Source: Candidatus Binatia bacterium
Lineage (GTDB): Bacteria > Desulfobacterota > Binatia > HRBIN30
DNA length: 64,000 nt
Assembly: GCA_026415395.1 (NCBI GenBank)
Contig: JAOAHD010000003.1
Location: forward strand, 135,195 to 199,194
Direction: 5' to 3'
A program made the position numbers and the translations under genes. Below, piece after piece: positions 36,658 to 46,230 of this stretch. Position 1 is the first letter of the stretch. Every line of letters begins with the position of its first letter. The notes under the pieces were generated by a model. It was not told where the DNA came from and did no database searches. It saw only the letters and a list, made by a program, of their open reading frames with translations.

Positions 36658-36750
36658 GCGACCGCAGTCATCAAAACAACGGGCGATTATCCGTTCGGGG
36701 CGTTCTCAAAAACGCTCTTTCCCCATTCGCGAACAATAATGGAGAATGCT

Positions 36751-38370
36751 TCAGCAGACATCGCAAACAAACGGCTCTCCCGGCACCAAGATGGTATCGC
36801 GTTTCCAATGCAGGTCATCCCGCTGCGGATAGTTGATATTGTAGTGCAGGCCGCGGCTCTCCTTTCGGGCGATTGCGCACTTGATGATCAATTCTGCCAC
36901 TAAGGCGATGTTCCGGAGTTCGATCAAATCGGCCGTGATGAGAAAGTCCCAGTAGTATTGCTCGATCTCCTCTTGGAGAAGGCGAATGCGTTTGAAGGCG
37001 CGCGCCAGCCGGCGATTGGATCGGACAATGCCGACATAGTTCCACATCATGCGGCGCACCTCGTCCCAATTCTGGCTCACCACCACCATTTCATCGCTGT
37101 CTACGGCTTGTCCAGGGTTCCATTCTGGGAGATCGGGCAGGGGGTCGCGATCTTCTTGGACCAAGTGAACAGCCGCCATTGCGGCGCGGTGCCCAAACAC
37201 GAGTGCCTCGAGTAAAGAATTCGATGCCAGTCGATTTGCACCGTGTAAGCCCGTCATTGCCGTCTCCCCGGCCGCATACAGTCGGCGGATGTTCGTGGCC
37301 CCATCCTTATCCGTGATCGCTCCTCCGCAGCAATAATGGGCCGCCGGTACTACAGGAATCCACTCCCGCGTGATGTCGATTCCGTATTGAAGGCAGCGCT
37401 GGTAAATTAGAGGAAAGCGCTCACGCGTGAACCCCGGGTCTCGGTGAGTAATATCGAGGTAAACGCAGTCGTACCCATGCACCTTCATCTCGTTGTCGAT
37501 TGCTCGGGCAACAATGTCGCGAGGGGCAAGTTCTCTCCTGGCATCGTAATCCTGCATGAAGGCTCTACCGTCGGGAGTCCGTAACACTGCACCTTCGCCG
37601 CGCAGGGCCTCGGAAATTAAGAACGATTTTGCTTGCGGGTGGTACAAACACGTCGGATGAAATTGAAAGAACTCCATATTGGCAACGGGTACCCCTGCGC
37701 GGAACGCCATCGCAATGCCGTCGCCAGTGGCTACGTCGGGATTCGTTGTGTAGAGGTACACCTTGCCGGCACCGCCCGTCGCTAACAACGTCGCTCTCGC
37801 CTGAAACCGACAGACGGTGCCTTTGCTGATATCTAAGACGTAGGCACCCCAGCACTGAGGCTGGCGCGCAGTGGGACGGAATTTGGCGTCTATGAGCAAG
37901 TCTACCGCCAAGTGGCGCTCGAAAATGGCGATGCTTTCCTTCGAGCGTACGGCGGCCAGTAATGACCGCATGATCTCGTGTCCAGTTGCATCCGAGGCGT
38001 GCAGAATGCGTCGATGGGAGTGGCCGCCCTCTTGACCAAGGTCATACTCGCCGTCCGAATTGTTTTTCGTGTCGAAACGAGTTCCGAGCTCGATGAGCTC
38101 TCGGACATGCAGAGGACCCTCGCGGACAACGAGCTCAACGACATCTTCATGGCACAGCCCCGCACCTGCTTCGATGGTATCTCGTGCATGCTCTGCAAAT
38201 GAGTCTTCCGGACTCCACACGGAGGCAATACCGCCCTGTGCATATTCGGTCGCACTCTCCGGCAGGAAATCCTTGGTGATGACCGCAACACTACCGTATG
38301 GCGCGACTTTGAGAGCGAACGTCAACCCCGCCAATCCACTACCGATTACCAGGAAGTCGTAAGCATGCAC
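36751..38370 (-). CDS. nadB: L-aspartate oxidase
   Basis: FAD-binding YDFLVIGSGLAGLTFAL. NadB-type C-terminal helical domain (RSNRRLARAFKRIRLLQEEIEQYY). The ORF track's start at 38565 reads through the antisense of tRNA-Ala (ESNPRPLECDSSALPTELRP). The true start is probably the GTG near 38370. Confidence 0.85.
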   Translation of the reverse strand: MHAYDFLVIGSGLAGLTFALKVAPYGSVAVITKDFLPESATEYAQGGIASVWSPEDSFAEHARDTIEAGAGLCHEDVVELVVREGPLHVRELIELGTRFDTKNNSDGEYDLGQEGGHSHRRILHASDATGHEIMRSLLAAVRSKESIAIFERHLAVDLLIDAKFRPTARQPQCWGAYVLDISKGTVCRFQARATLLATGGAGKVYLYTTNPDVATGDGIAMAFRAGVPVANMEFFQFHPTCLYHPQAKSFLISEALRGEGAVLRTPDGRAFMQDYDARRELAPRDIVARAIDNEMKVHGYDCVYLDITHRDPGFTRERFPLIYQRCLQYGIDITREWIPVVPAAHYCCGGAITDKDGATNIRRLYAAGETAMTGLHGANRLASNSLLEALVFGHRAAMAAVHLVQEDRDPLPDLPEWNPGQAVDSDEMVVVSQNWDEVRRMMWNYVGIVRSNRRLARAFKRIRLLQEEIEQYYWDFLITADLIELRNIALVAELIIKCAIARKESRGLHYNINYPQRDDLHWKRDTILVPGEPFVCDVC

Positions 38371-38477
38371 AGTTTGTGCTGTATCACAGAAGGGCCACTG
38401 GCCGCCATGTCGAGAATGATCAGGGATGACCCTTGCGAGCGTGTTCCGGCTTGGGTATTCGACTCCCAGTGACTCAC

Positions 38478-38550
<73 letters not shown>

Positions 38551-38917
38551 TTCCTTTGTCGCCAAGAGCCGATGGACGGCTGGGGCGCAATTCAGTCGGG
38601 TCAGCCAGCCGGACGAAAGGAACGTGATCTGGTGGTGACGGCGGTCTGCCCAACGGCTCTTTTAGGTCGCTTTTAGTCGCATGGCGAGCAGCCCGGGCCC
38701 GTAACTTCAAGGGCGACGCCTCCCTGGCCGCAAGGCGGAGGCGACAGCAAAATTGCGAATTGTGTGTGTGGCTCTGGTTCTCGTGCAACCCGCACGCGAT
38801 CCTGCATGCGCAAAGCTCCCGCATTATAGGTGCCCAGCGGGAAAGTGACAGATTCATCCGCTCGGGATACACACAAGTGTCAATAATCGTGGGCCGCACA
38901 CACCCACAGCAAAAGAT

Positions 38918-40066
38918 CTAAGCCAAGCCCAAACGTCGCGCGATGATGACTTTCATGATCTCGTTCGTGCCGGCATAAATCGTTTGAACGGCGGCATCTG
39001 CGTAGTCCATAGAGATCGGGTACTCTAGCATGAAGCCGTACCCACCATGGAGCTGTAGGCACTCGCTCGTCAGCCTTTTCTGAAGTTCAGTGGTCCACCA
39101 CTTCGCCATGCTGACTTCCTTGACGATTTCTTCGTTGCGGCAGTGGGCGACTAAAAGCTTGTCGATGAACGCTTGGCCAATCTCGATTTCAGTTGCGAGC
39201 TCGGCAATTTTAAACTGGGTATTTTGAAACGACGCTATCGGTTGCCCGAAAGCTTTCCGCTGCTTGACGTAGGCGATCGTGTCGTCCAATGCCCGTCGGC
39301 ACGACGCCAGGGAAGCTACGGCGATGCAAAGGCGCTCCTGCTGGAGCTTTTCCATGAGCATCCGAAATCCTTCGCCTTCTCGGCCGAGTAGGTTCTCTTT
39401 GGGCACGACACAGTCGTCAAAGAAGAGCTCGCTCGTGTCTTGTCCGCGCAGCCCCAGTTTTTCCAACTTCCGGCCCCGACGAAAACCGGGGAAGGTGGAC
39501 TCCACAAGCAAGAGACTGATTCCCCGATGCGGAGGCTGCGCCTCCGGATCCGTCTTGGCGACAACGATGAACAGATCTCCAATCTGACCATTCGAGATGA
39601 AGGTTTTCGCGCCATTCAAGACGTAATGATCCCCTTCCCGGCGCGCACGAGTTTTGACTGCCGCGAGATCCGAACCAACACCAGGCTCTGTCATGGCGAT
39701 CCCCAAGATCAACTCTCCGCGGATCGCGGGGACCAAGTAGCGTTGTTTTTGCTCCTCGGTGCCATAAGAGGAAAGATACGGCATGCAAATGTCGGAATGC
39801 AGCGAGATCATCATGGCGTGCGCGCGTAGGTACGCCATCTCCTCCATGATAATCGCGTCGTACAAAAAATCGCCGCCGGAACCACCATATTCGACTGGCT
39901 GGTTTGCGCCAAGAAAGCCCTCGGCTCCGGCAAGCCGCCAGATCTCTCGATCTGTCATACCTTGCCGGTTCCACTTAGGAATCCGGGGTACGATCTCTCG
40001 CTCGGCAAACTTGCGAAACTGTTCCCGAAACAGTTCGTGACTGGGAGTGAAAATGTCCCGTCGCAT
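38918..40066 (-). CDS. Acyl-CoA dehydrogenase
   Basis: 382 aa. Conserved acyl-CoA dehydrogenase C-terminal region QLHGGYGFMLEYPISMDYADAAVQTIYAGTNEIMKVIIARRL. Mid-domain TEPGVGSDLAAVKTRARREGDHYVLNGAKTFISNG. Confidence 0.85.
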   Translation of the reverse strand: MRRDIFTPSHELFREQFRKFAEREIVPRIPKWNRQGMTDREIWRLAGAEGFLGANQPVEYGGSGGDFLYDAIIMEEMAYLRAHAMMISLHSDICMPYLSSYGTEEQKQRYLVPAIRGELILGIAMTEPGVGSDLAAVKTRARREGDHYVLNGAKTFISNGQIGDLFIVVAKTDPEAQPPHRGISLLLVESTFPGFRRGRKLEKLGLRGQDTSELFFDDCVVPKENLLGREGEGFRMLMEKLQQERLCIAVASLASCRRALDDTIAYVKQRKAFGQPIASFQNTQFKIAELATEIEIGQAFIDKLLVAHCRNEEIVKEVSMAKWWTTELQKRLTSECLQLHGGYGFMLEYPISMDYADAAVQTIYAGTNEIMKVIIARRLGLA

Positions 40067-40102
40067 AGGCCGTGCAGGTTATACTTGCAGAGAAATTGAG
40101 CT

Positions 40103-41236
40103 TCAGGCCGGACTTGCTGCTGGCAAAGTAGGAGCTTCCTCCAGGTGATCGACGGGAGGACCTGCTTCCAGCCAACTTTCTGCGGCTCGAACACCGGCCA
40201 TATACATTTGGTTCAGGACGTGCCGGTCAAAATAAAGATACGATCCTGCATTGAAAACACCGTCTTTGGCCGGACGAACAGCTTCGTACAAGGTCACGGC
40301 GCGGTAAGAACCCCGGTCGAGGGCGGCAAGGCGGTTCCGCTCCAAAAGTAGCTTTCGGTCGACGTTATATGCGTTTTCTAACAGGCTATCCACGGTTCGC
40401 TCAACTGCGCGGCCGAAATGGGCCAACGGTTCAGCGCCCGCCTCGGCCGGCTCGGTGATGAGAACTGGTATGATTTCTTCGGCACCAAGGGCCACAACCG
40501 GAGCTAATGGAGTGTTGACCAGCAAGCCCCCGTCCCATAGCAAATGCGGACCGATCCGCACGGGCGGGAATAATAAAGGAATGGCGCAACTGGCCATAAT
40601 CATATCGACCGTAATGGCATCGACGATGTGATAGTCCGGCGGACGGGTGAGTGGGGTCGAGCGTGTGACGAAGCGCACCACCCTCCCACTGTGGGCATCA
40701 ACCGTGTTGACGGCCAAGTGGACGCGGTCGGTGGGCACCTTCTCACCGCCGAGAGCTTCAACCAATCGGTCACGTAGCGCGGTCGTGTCGGCCAAAAATG
40801 GCTCGGTGATGCCAGAGAGAAATTCACTGACCAAGTCAAAGCGCGTTGCAAGAAGGTACTCGACCAGAAAAGCGAGGAGATCGCCGGGCTGGGGCGGTAG
40901 GTGTCCACTCAGTCGTTGTGCTAGCTGGCGCCAGCGCTTACCGGGTAAGAGGAAACAGAGCGTTTCTCGGAATAATAACCGTAGGAGCGTGCGTGTTGCG
41001 CTGGAAAAGAACTGCGGGCTTGCGGTGGCCGGCGGATTGTCGCCGATGGAGTGCCAGAAGGCAAGCATCTCCTTCGGCGTTCGTCCCGCGGCAATGAGTG
41101 CTGCGTTAATGGCACCTGCCGACGTTCCCGAAATAGCAATCGGGCCCGCAGCAAAACGAGGGTCGTCGAGGAGGCGCTCGTACACACCAACCTGAAAAGC
41201 GCCACGCGCTCCTCCCCCGGAGAGCACCATGCCCAT
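40103..41236 (-). CDS. Patatin-like phospholipase
   Basis: Oxyanion GGGARG in MVLSGGGARGAFQVGVYERL. Nucleophile elbow GTSAG in ISGTSAGAINAALIAAG. DGG in LLWDGGLLVN. Probable start MGMVLSGGG. The ORF track extends to 41389. Confidence 0.8.
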   Translation of the reverse strand: MGMVLSGGGARGAFQVGVYERLLDDPRFAAGPIAISGTSAGAINAALIAAGRTPKEMLAFWHSIGDNPPATASPQFFSSATRTLLRLLFRETLCFLLPGKRWRQLAQRLSGHLPPQPGDLLAFLVEYLLATRFDLVSEFLSGITEPFLADTTALRDRLVEALGGEKVPTDRVHLAVNTVDAHSGRVVRFVTRSTPLTRPPDYHIVDAITVDMIMASCAIPLLFPPVRIGPHLLWDGGLLVNTPLAPVVALGAEEIIPVLITEPAEAGAEPLAHFGRAVERTVDSLLENAYNVDRKLLLERNRLAALDRGSYRAVTLYEAVRPAKDGVFNAGSYLYFDRHVLNQMYMAGVRAAESWLEAGPPVDHLEEAPTLPAASPA

Positions 41237-41468
41237 TCTTCGCTTGTATTTGGATCCCTGGTTGAGCTCTCGCCGTTCTCTCCGCACCGCACCACCTCCC
41301 AGGCTTTGTGAATGCGTTGTTGGTGCTTTACCAGCTGGCGGGTCGCCAATGAAGCAGGAGTTAACCTCGGGGGGCTTCAACCCGTACAAAGCGCACCAGG
41401 GAGTAAGAGCCTAAACCGGCCCCGCAGGGGCGCCACAGAGCTTAAGCTGGGGTCACAATCACAAAGTC

Positions 41469-42461
41469 CTACCACCCTAACACCCAAGCGAAGATTAACG
41501 GAGCGACAATTGTTGCATCGCTTTCGATGACGAAACGTGGCGTGTCCACACCTAACTTGCCCCAAGTGATCTTTTCGTTTGGTACGGCACCGGAATAGGA
41601 TCCGTAACTCGTCGTGGAGTCGCTGATCTGGCAAAAGTAAGCCCACAGTGGCGTATCGCGGCGACCCAAATCCTGGTGGAGCATTGGGACCACGCAAATG
41701 GGGAAGTCCCCAGCGATCCCTCCACCAATTTGGAAAAAGCCGATTCCTGGCTGGGTTGCGTTGCGCAAGTACCAGTCCGCAAGCCAGGTCATGTATTCAA
41801 TCCCAGACCGTACAATTTCCGGCCGGAGCTCTCGCTTGATCACATAAGCGGCAAAGATGTTGCCTGTAGTGGAATCCTCCCAGCCTGGAACAACGATGGG
41901 AACGTTGTTCTCGGCGGCAGCCACTACCCACGAATCCCGCGGGTCAATTTCGTAATACTTTTCCAGTTCACCTGAAAGAATCAATTGGAAAAAGTATTCG
42001 TGTGGAAAGTATCTCTCCCCGCGATCCTGCGCTTTCTTCCACACGCGGTAGAGATGTTGTTGGAGTCTACGGAAGGCCTCCTCCTCCGGAATGCAGGTGT
42101 CGGTGACCCGGTTGTATTGTTGCTCGAGAAGAGCCTGCTCGTCTGCTGGCGTTAAATCCCGGTAGTTCGGCACCCGTTTGTAGTGCGAGTGCGCAACGAG
42201 ATTCATCACGTCCTCTTCCAAATTGGCGCCCGTAGCCGAGATGATGTGAACTTTCTTCTGCCGAATCATCTCAGCGAGGCTTTTCCCGAGCTCTCCAGTA
42301 CTCATCGCGCCAGCGAGCGCGACCAGCATTTTCCCGCCGCGATCGATAAGGTCCGCATACGCACGGGCGGCGTCCATCAAAGCAGCCGCGTTGAAGTGCA
42401 AAAAGTGATGCTCCATGAAGCGTGAAATAGGCCCTAGATCCCGTTTCATCGCGCGCAACAA
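41469..42461 (-). CDS. Deoxyhypusine synthase-like protein (DHS family; bacterial homologs may act as homospermidine-synthase-like enzymes)
   Basis: 330 aa. NAD-binding and active-site region resembling eukaryotic DHS (…VPNEKITWGKLGVDTP, compare EAVSWGKI). N-terminal MLVALAGAMSTGELGKS. Confidence 0.8.
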   Translation of the reverse strand: MLRAMKRDLGPISRFMEHHFLHFNAAALMDAARAYADLIDRGGKMLVALAGAMSTGELGKSLAEMIRQKKVHIISATGANLEEDVMNLVAHSHYKRVPNYRDLTPADEQALLEQQYNRVTDTCIPEEEAFRRLQQHLYRVWKKAQDRGERYFPHEYFFQLILSGELEKYYEIDPRDSWVVAAAENNVPIVVPGWEDSTTGNIFAAYVIKRELRPEIVRSGIEYMTWLADWYLRNATQPGIGFFQIGGGIAGDFPICVVPMLHQDLGRRDTPLWAYFCQISDSTTSYGSYSGAVPNEKITWGKLGVDTPRFVIESDATIVAPLIFAWVLGW

Positions 42462-42513
42462 ATTGATTCAAGGCAATCGGAGATTCAAGGGCTTGGGCCA
42501 AAAATTGTTCGCC

Positions 42514-42975
42514 TTACGGGGGCCGCTGTTCTTGCGTTCCCCGCGCGGTGCTCTCCCGCGCGGCTCGCGACTCCTTGTGGAGCCGCTGGCCGCACGAGAA
42601 GCAAAAACGTCCGTGAACCGGTTGCTCTGCACCGCAGCTGGGGCAAAGGTGCCGTGCTGCTACTTCACGAGCCCTGAGCGCCGGATCGCTCGAACGGGAG
42701 AGCTCATCAAGGGCAGCAAAGATGATCGGAGCATATCGATTACGGATCGCTTCGTAATCTTCGATTGTAAGCTTGTTCATCTGCAACTCGAATTCGGCCT
42801 CTTTGATCGCTGCGAGGGCCTCGTCTTTTTGCCGTTCTAGGACACTTCTTTTGTCCGCATCGAGCGAGCCTGTCGTCCCCACGGGCTCCTCTGAGATGAA
42901 CTGTGACCAAAACGGCCACAGTACATAGAGAAGGCCTACGCTTGTGAGTGCAATCACGAGGAGCACGCCCATCAT
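42514..42975 (-). CDS. Membrane-anchored coiled-coil protein with a C-terminal zinc ribbon, terminal gene of the ccm locus
   Basis: N-terminal transmembrane helix MMGVLLVIALTSVGLLYVLWPFW. Central charged helix. C-terminal CPSCGAEQPVHGRFCFSCG (two CxxC pairs). Confidence 0.5.
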   Translation of the reverse strand: MMGVLLVIALTSVGLLYVLWPFWSQFISEEPVGTTGSLDADKRSVLERQKDEALAAIKEAEFELQMNKLTIEDYEAIRNRYAPIIFAALDELSRSSDPALRAREVAARHLCPSCGAEQPVHGRFCFSCGQRLHKESRAARESTARGTQEQRPP

Positions 42976-42981
42976 CGATCG

Positions 42982-43509
42982 TTAAAGCTCCAAGCGATCG
43001 AGTTCCTGACGTAAGCGTTTCTCATCCTCGCTGGCGAGCGGTTTACCTGTGAAGCCATTGGAAGCTGTATCTCTCCTGCCACCAGAATTTCTAGACCAAC
43101 GTCGTAAGGTCCAACCGACGAACAGGAGTCCAAACCCTACCGCGAGGAATGGCATAAGCCACGCAAGCAAGTTGAAGCCACGCATCGTGGGCGATGACAG
43201 GATTTTCTCTCCGTACTTGGCCTCAAAGTACGCCAGGATTTCTCTCTTGGTTTTCCCGAGCGCGATCTGCTCGCGAATCTCTTGGCGTAAAGGAATGGCT
43301 GATCCGCAGTCAACGTGATTACAGCTATGAACGGTAAGGCCGCACCCGCACTGGCAAGTCAGAGACTCCTCAATCTCTTGAAAGTTAGCCGCCCTTTGGG
43401 GCTCAGTTGCCAGAGCCGCCACTTGGCCAACTAGAAAAACGTTCAGAACAACGAGCCTCATCGGCGCCACGAATTGCGCGCCTAAAGAAGTTCGCACACG
43501 ACGGCTCAT
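42982..43509 (-). CDS. ccmH: Cytochrome c-type biogenesis protein CcmH/CycL-like with an atypical Cys-rich motif
   Basis: Signal/transmembrane region, then LTCQCGCGLTVHSCNHVDCGSAIPLRQEIREQI in place of the canonical LRCxxCQ motif. C-terminal transmembrane helix LLAWLMPFLAVGFGLLFVGW. Follows ccmF with a 4-bp overlap. Confidence 0.75.
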   Translation of the reverse strand: MSRRVRTSLGAQFVAPMRLVVLNVFLVGQVAALATEPQRAANFQEIEESLTCQCGCGLTVHSCNHVDCGSAIPLRQEIREQIALGKTKREILAYFEAKYGEKILSSPTMRGFNLLAWLMPFLAVGFGLLFVGWTLRRWSRNSGGRRDTASNGFTGKPLASEDEKRLRQELDRLEL

Positions 43510-45503
43510 TGCGATCGCACTTCAGCGGCTGAGCGGCTGGTTTGCCACTCCCGAGCAAGTGCCCGGCGTCGTTCTGGCCAAGCCGCAATGAGGGCACCCA
43601 GGACCAGAACTGCCCCACCCCATTCTAGGAACCCCACTAGCGGGTTTATATAAGCGAGAATCGTCGCCGTTTGGGTTTTACCATCAAAACTCCCGAAGAC
43701 CACGTACAAATCCGAACCCCAGTACGAGCGAACTGCAACCTCGGTGGCAGGCTGCTCCGGCTTCTTATAAAAGCGCTTTTCGGGCTTTAGGACGTCTCGC
43801 ACCCGACCGTCTTGGAGGATTGATATGTGGGCTGCCAAGTGAGCACTATGCGCGGTCTCCCACGATTCCACCCGTTCGAACCGAAGTTGGTATTTCCCCA
43901 CGGCGAACGACTCCCCCGGCTTGACCGTTACTTGCTCTTCGATCCGGAAGGCAGAAGTTCCGGTGATCGCCAGAAAAATCATGACCACACCGAGATGAAC
44001 GATGTACCCCCCGTAGCGACGGCGGTTCTTCGCGGTGAGTTGCACCAGCGCGACATGCCATGATTCTCCAACTAACGTCTGGCGAGCTCTCATGCCCCGC
44101 CAGAACTCTTGGAGGATCGTTGTAGTCACGAACGTGCACAGACCAAAAGAGATCAAGGCATAAGCGTTGCGAACCCCGAAGCTAAAACATATCGCGCCGA
44201 CCGCGAAGGCAGCACACGCGGGCCAGAGGAAATTCCCCCGTAGCGACGACCAGGAGGCTCGCCGCCAAGCGATCAACGGCCCTACTCCCATCAAGAATAG
44301 GAGGAGCAGCCCAAGCGGGGTGTTGACTCGGTTAAAAAAAGGAGGGCCTACGGTAATTTTGACGCCTCGGACGGCTTCTGAGATCACCGGGAAGATCGTT
44401 CCCCAGAACACGGCGAACGCCATCCCCACAAGAACCAAATTGTTCACTAGGAAGGCCGCCTCGCGGGACAGCATCGAATCGATTTCGTTCTCGCTGCGTA
44501 GCGCAGGCAGGCGCCACACGAGCAAGGTAAGGGAAACCGCCGCAGCGATCCCGAGAAAGCCGATAAAGAACGGGCCTAAACCCGATTGGGTAAAGGAATG
44601 AACCGACGAGATCACACCGCTGCGAGTCAGAAAGGTTCCAAACACGGTCAGGAGAAACGTCAAGATCACCAAGATCATGTTCCAGACTTTCAGCATATTC
44701 TTCTTTTCTTGGATCATGACCGAGTGGAGGTACGCAGTGCACGTGAGCCACGGCATGAAGGCAGCGTTCTCTACTGGATCCCACGCCCAGTAACCGCCCC
44801 AGCCCAGAACGCGATATGCCCAAAGCGCACCGAACAAGTTTCCCAAACTTAAAAAAAACCACGCAAACAGGGTCCACCGTCGAGTAGTGCGGATCCAGAC
44901 GTCGTCCAGCCGCCCGGTTGCGAGCGCCGCCATCGCAAATGCAAACGGCACCGAGCAACCAACGTATCCCAGGTACAAAGATGGCGGGTGGATGGTCATC
45001 CAATAGTTCTGAAGGAGTGGGTTTAGATCTCGCCCGTCTCCGGGGGTAAAAGCCAAGCGTTGGAAGGGCGGTGTGACGAAAACGAGCAGGGAAACAAAAA
45101 ACAGCGCAATTGCCGTGAGAGTGGCGGTGACAAATGGCATTAAGTCACGGTTTTTCTCGCGGTTTTGCAGAACAACGATGGCAGCCATGGAAGTGAGGAT
45201 CGTGAGCCAGAACAGCAGAGACCCAGCTTGGCCTCCCCAAAGTGCTGCGATTGTGTAGTGAAGCGGCAGCGTACTGCTGGAGTATTGTGCGACGTACTCA
45301 ACGTTGAAGTCGCGACTGACTAGCGCGCGCAGTAGGTCGGCCGCTGCTACCGCAACGAAGGCCCAACCGGCAAGCACGGCGTTCTCTGCGCTCCGAACCC
45401 ACTCGCTGCGCCGCAGGAGCCCGCCCGCGAGCGACGAAAGGAAGGCGTAAAGAGTGAAAACCCAAGCAACGATGAGCGCGATTTCACCACTGTCGGTCAT
45501 CAA
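43506..45503 (-). CDS. ccmF: Cytochrome c-type biogenesis heme lyase CcmF
   Basis: 665 aa polytopic protein. WWD domain WGGYWAWDPVENAAFMPW. Conserved His residues. Confidence 0.92.
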   Translation of the reverse strand: MMTDSGEIALIVAWVFTLYAFLSSLAGGLLRRSEWVRSAENAVLAGWAFVAVAAADLLRALVSRDFNVEYVAQYSSSTLPLHYTIAALWGGQAGSLLFWLTILTSMAAIVVLQNREKNRDLMPFVTATLTAIALFFVSLLVFVTPPFQRLAFTPGDGRDLNPLLQNYWMTIHPPSLYLGYVGCSVPFAFAMAALATGRLDDVWIRTTRRWTLFAWFFLSLGNLFGALWAYRVLGWGGYWAWDPVENAAFMPWLTCTAYLHSVMIQEKKNMLKVWNMILVILTFLLTVFGTFLTRSGVISSVHSFTQSGLGPFFIGFLGIAAAVSLTLLVWRLPALRSENEIDSMLSREAAFLVNNLVLVGMAFAVFWGTIFPVISEAVRGVKITVGPPFFNRVNTPLGLLLLFLMGVGPLIAWRRASWSSLRGNFLWPACAAFAVGAICFSFGVRNAYALISFGLCTFVTTTILQEFWRGMRARQTLVGESWHVALVQLTAKNRRRYGGYIVHLGVVMIFLAITGTSAFRIEEQVTVKPGESFAVGKYQLRFERVESWETAHSAHLAAHISILQDGRVRDVLKPEKRFYKKPEQPATEVAVRSYWGSDLYVVFGSFDGKTQTATILAYINPLVGFLEWGGAVLVLGALIAAWPERRRALAREWQTSRSAAEVRSQ

Positions 45504-45599
45504 TATTCTCTCCCGGTGGCCGTGAGTTCCCGCGTGCCGCCACGAGCGGAGCCGCTTGCACCGTTAGCCTTTCGTCTCGATTACCATTGGGCCCTTTGG

Positions 45600-46046
45600 T
45601 TAGTTACCTGCAGCCTGCGAGCCATTGGCCGGCTCCACAGGCTCGTACTTCGAGGGGCATGACGTAAGCACGCTTTGAGCGCGGAGGACAGACCCGTCGT
45701 ACTGCCCCTCGACGATCACATCGCTGCCTCCCTCGTCGCGAAACATATCGGGAACAACCCCGGCGTAATACACTCGCACGACGGACGTGGGATTGCTCTC
45801 GTCCGTAAAATCCCCGAGTTCGAACCAGACCTCCTCTCCTTTCGGCCCCGAGCGGCGCTGCACAGACCCGGGTGTAACTCGCCCTGCCACCCGCACTCCT
45901 TCGCCAATTAACGAAGTCCGGCGCTGTGCGAACTCTTCCACGGTGATGTAGTACACCGCCGCCTCGCGCACGCCGGTGTACATGAGGTACGCAACCACTC
46001 CCACGAGAACACTTGCTGCAATTTTAATGCGCACCTTACGGCTCAT
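45600..46046 (-). CDS. ccmE: Cytochrome c-type biogenesis heme chaperone CcmE
   Basis: 148 aa. N-terminal transmembrane helix plus an OB-fold. CcmE-like core FRDEGGSDVIVEGQYDGSVLRAQSVLTSCPSKYE with a conserved heme-binding region. Confidence 0.85.
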   Translation of the reverse strand: MSRKVRIKIAASVLVGVVAYLMYTGVREAAVYYITVEEFAQRRTSLIGEGVRVAGRVTPGSVQRRSGPKGEEVWFELGDFTDESNPTSVVRVYYAGVVPDMFRDEGGSDVIVEGQYDGSVLRAQSVLTSCPSKYEPVEPANGSQAAGN

Positions 46047-46230
46047 GGTGAGGTCCGCTTAGTGGATTGGGGTTGCAGCCGCAACAGTGCTGCGCGAAAC
46101 CGCCTTCGTGCAGAGGCATTTGGTTGCTCGGAGAAGTATCGTCAGTGAACCCAATAAATGATTCTTCCTTCCAGGACGGCGTTGCTGTTTTTTGGTGAGC
46201 TGGGTCGTTCACGCGGCGGGGATCTCGCTC

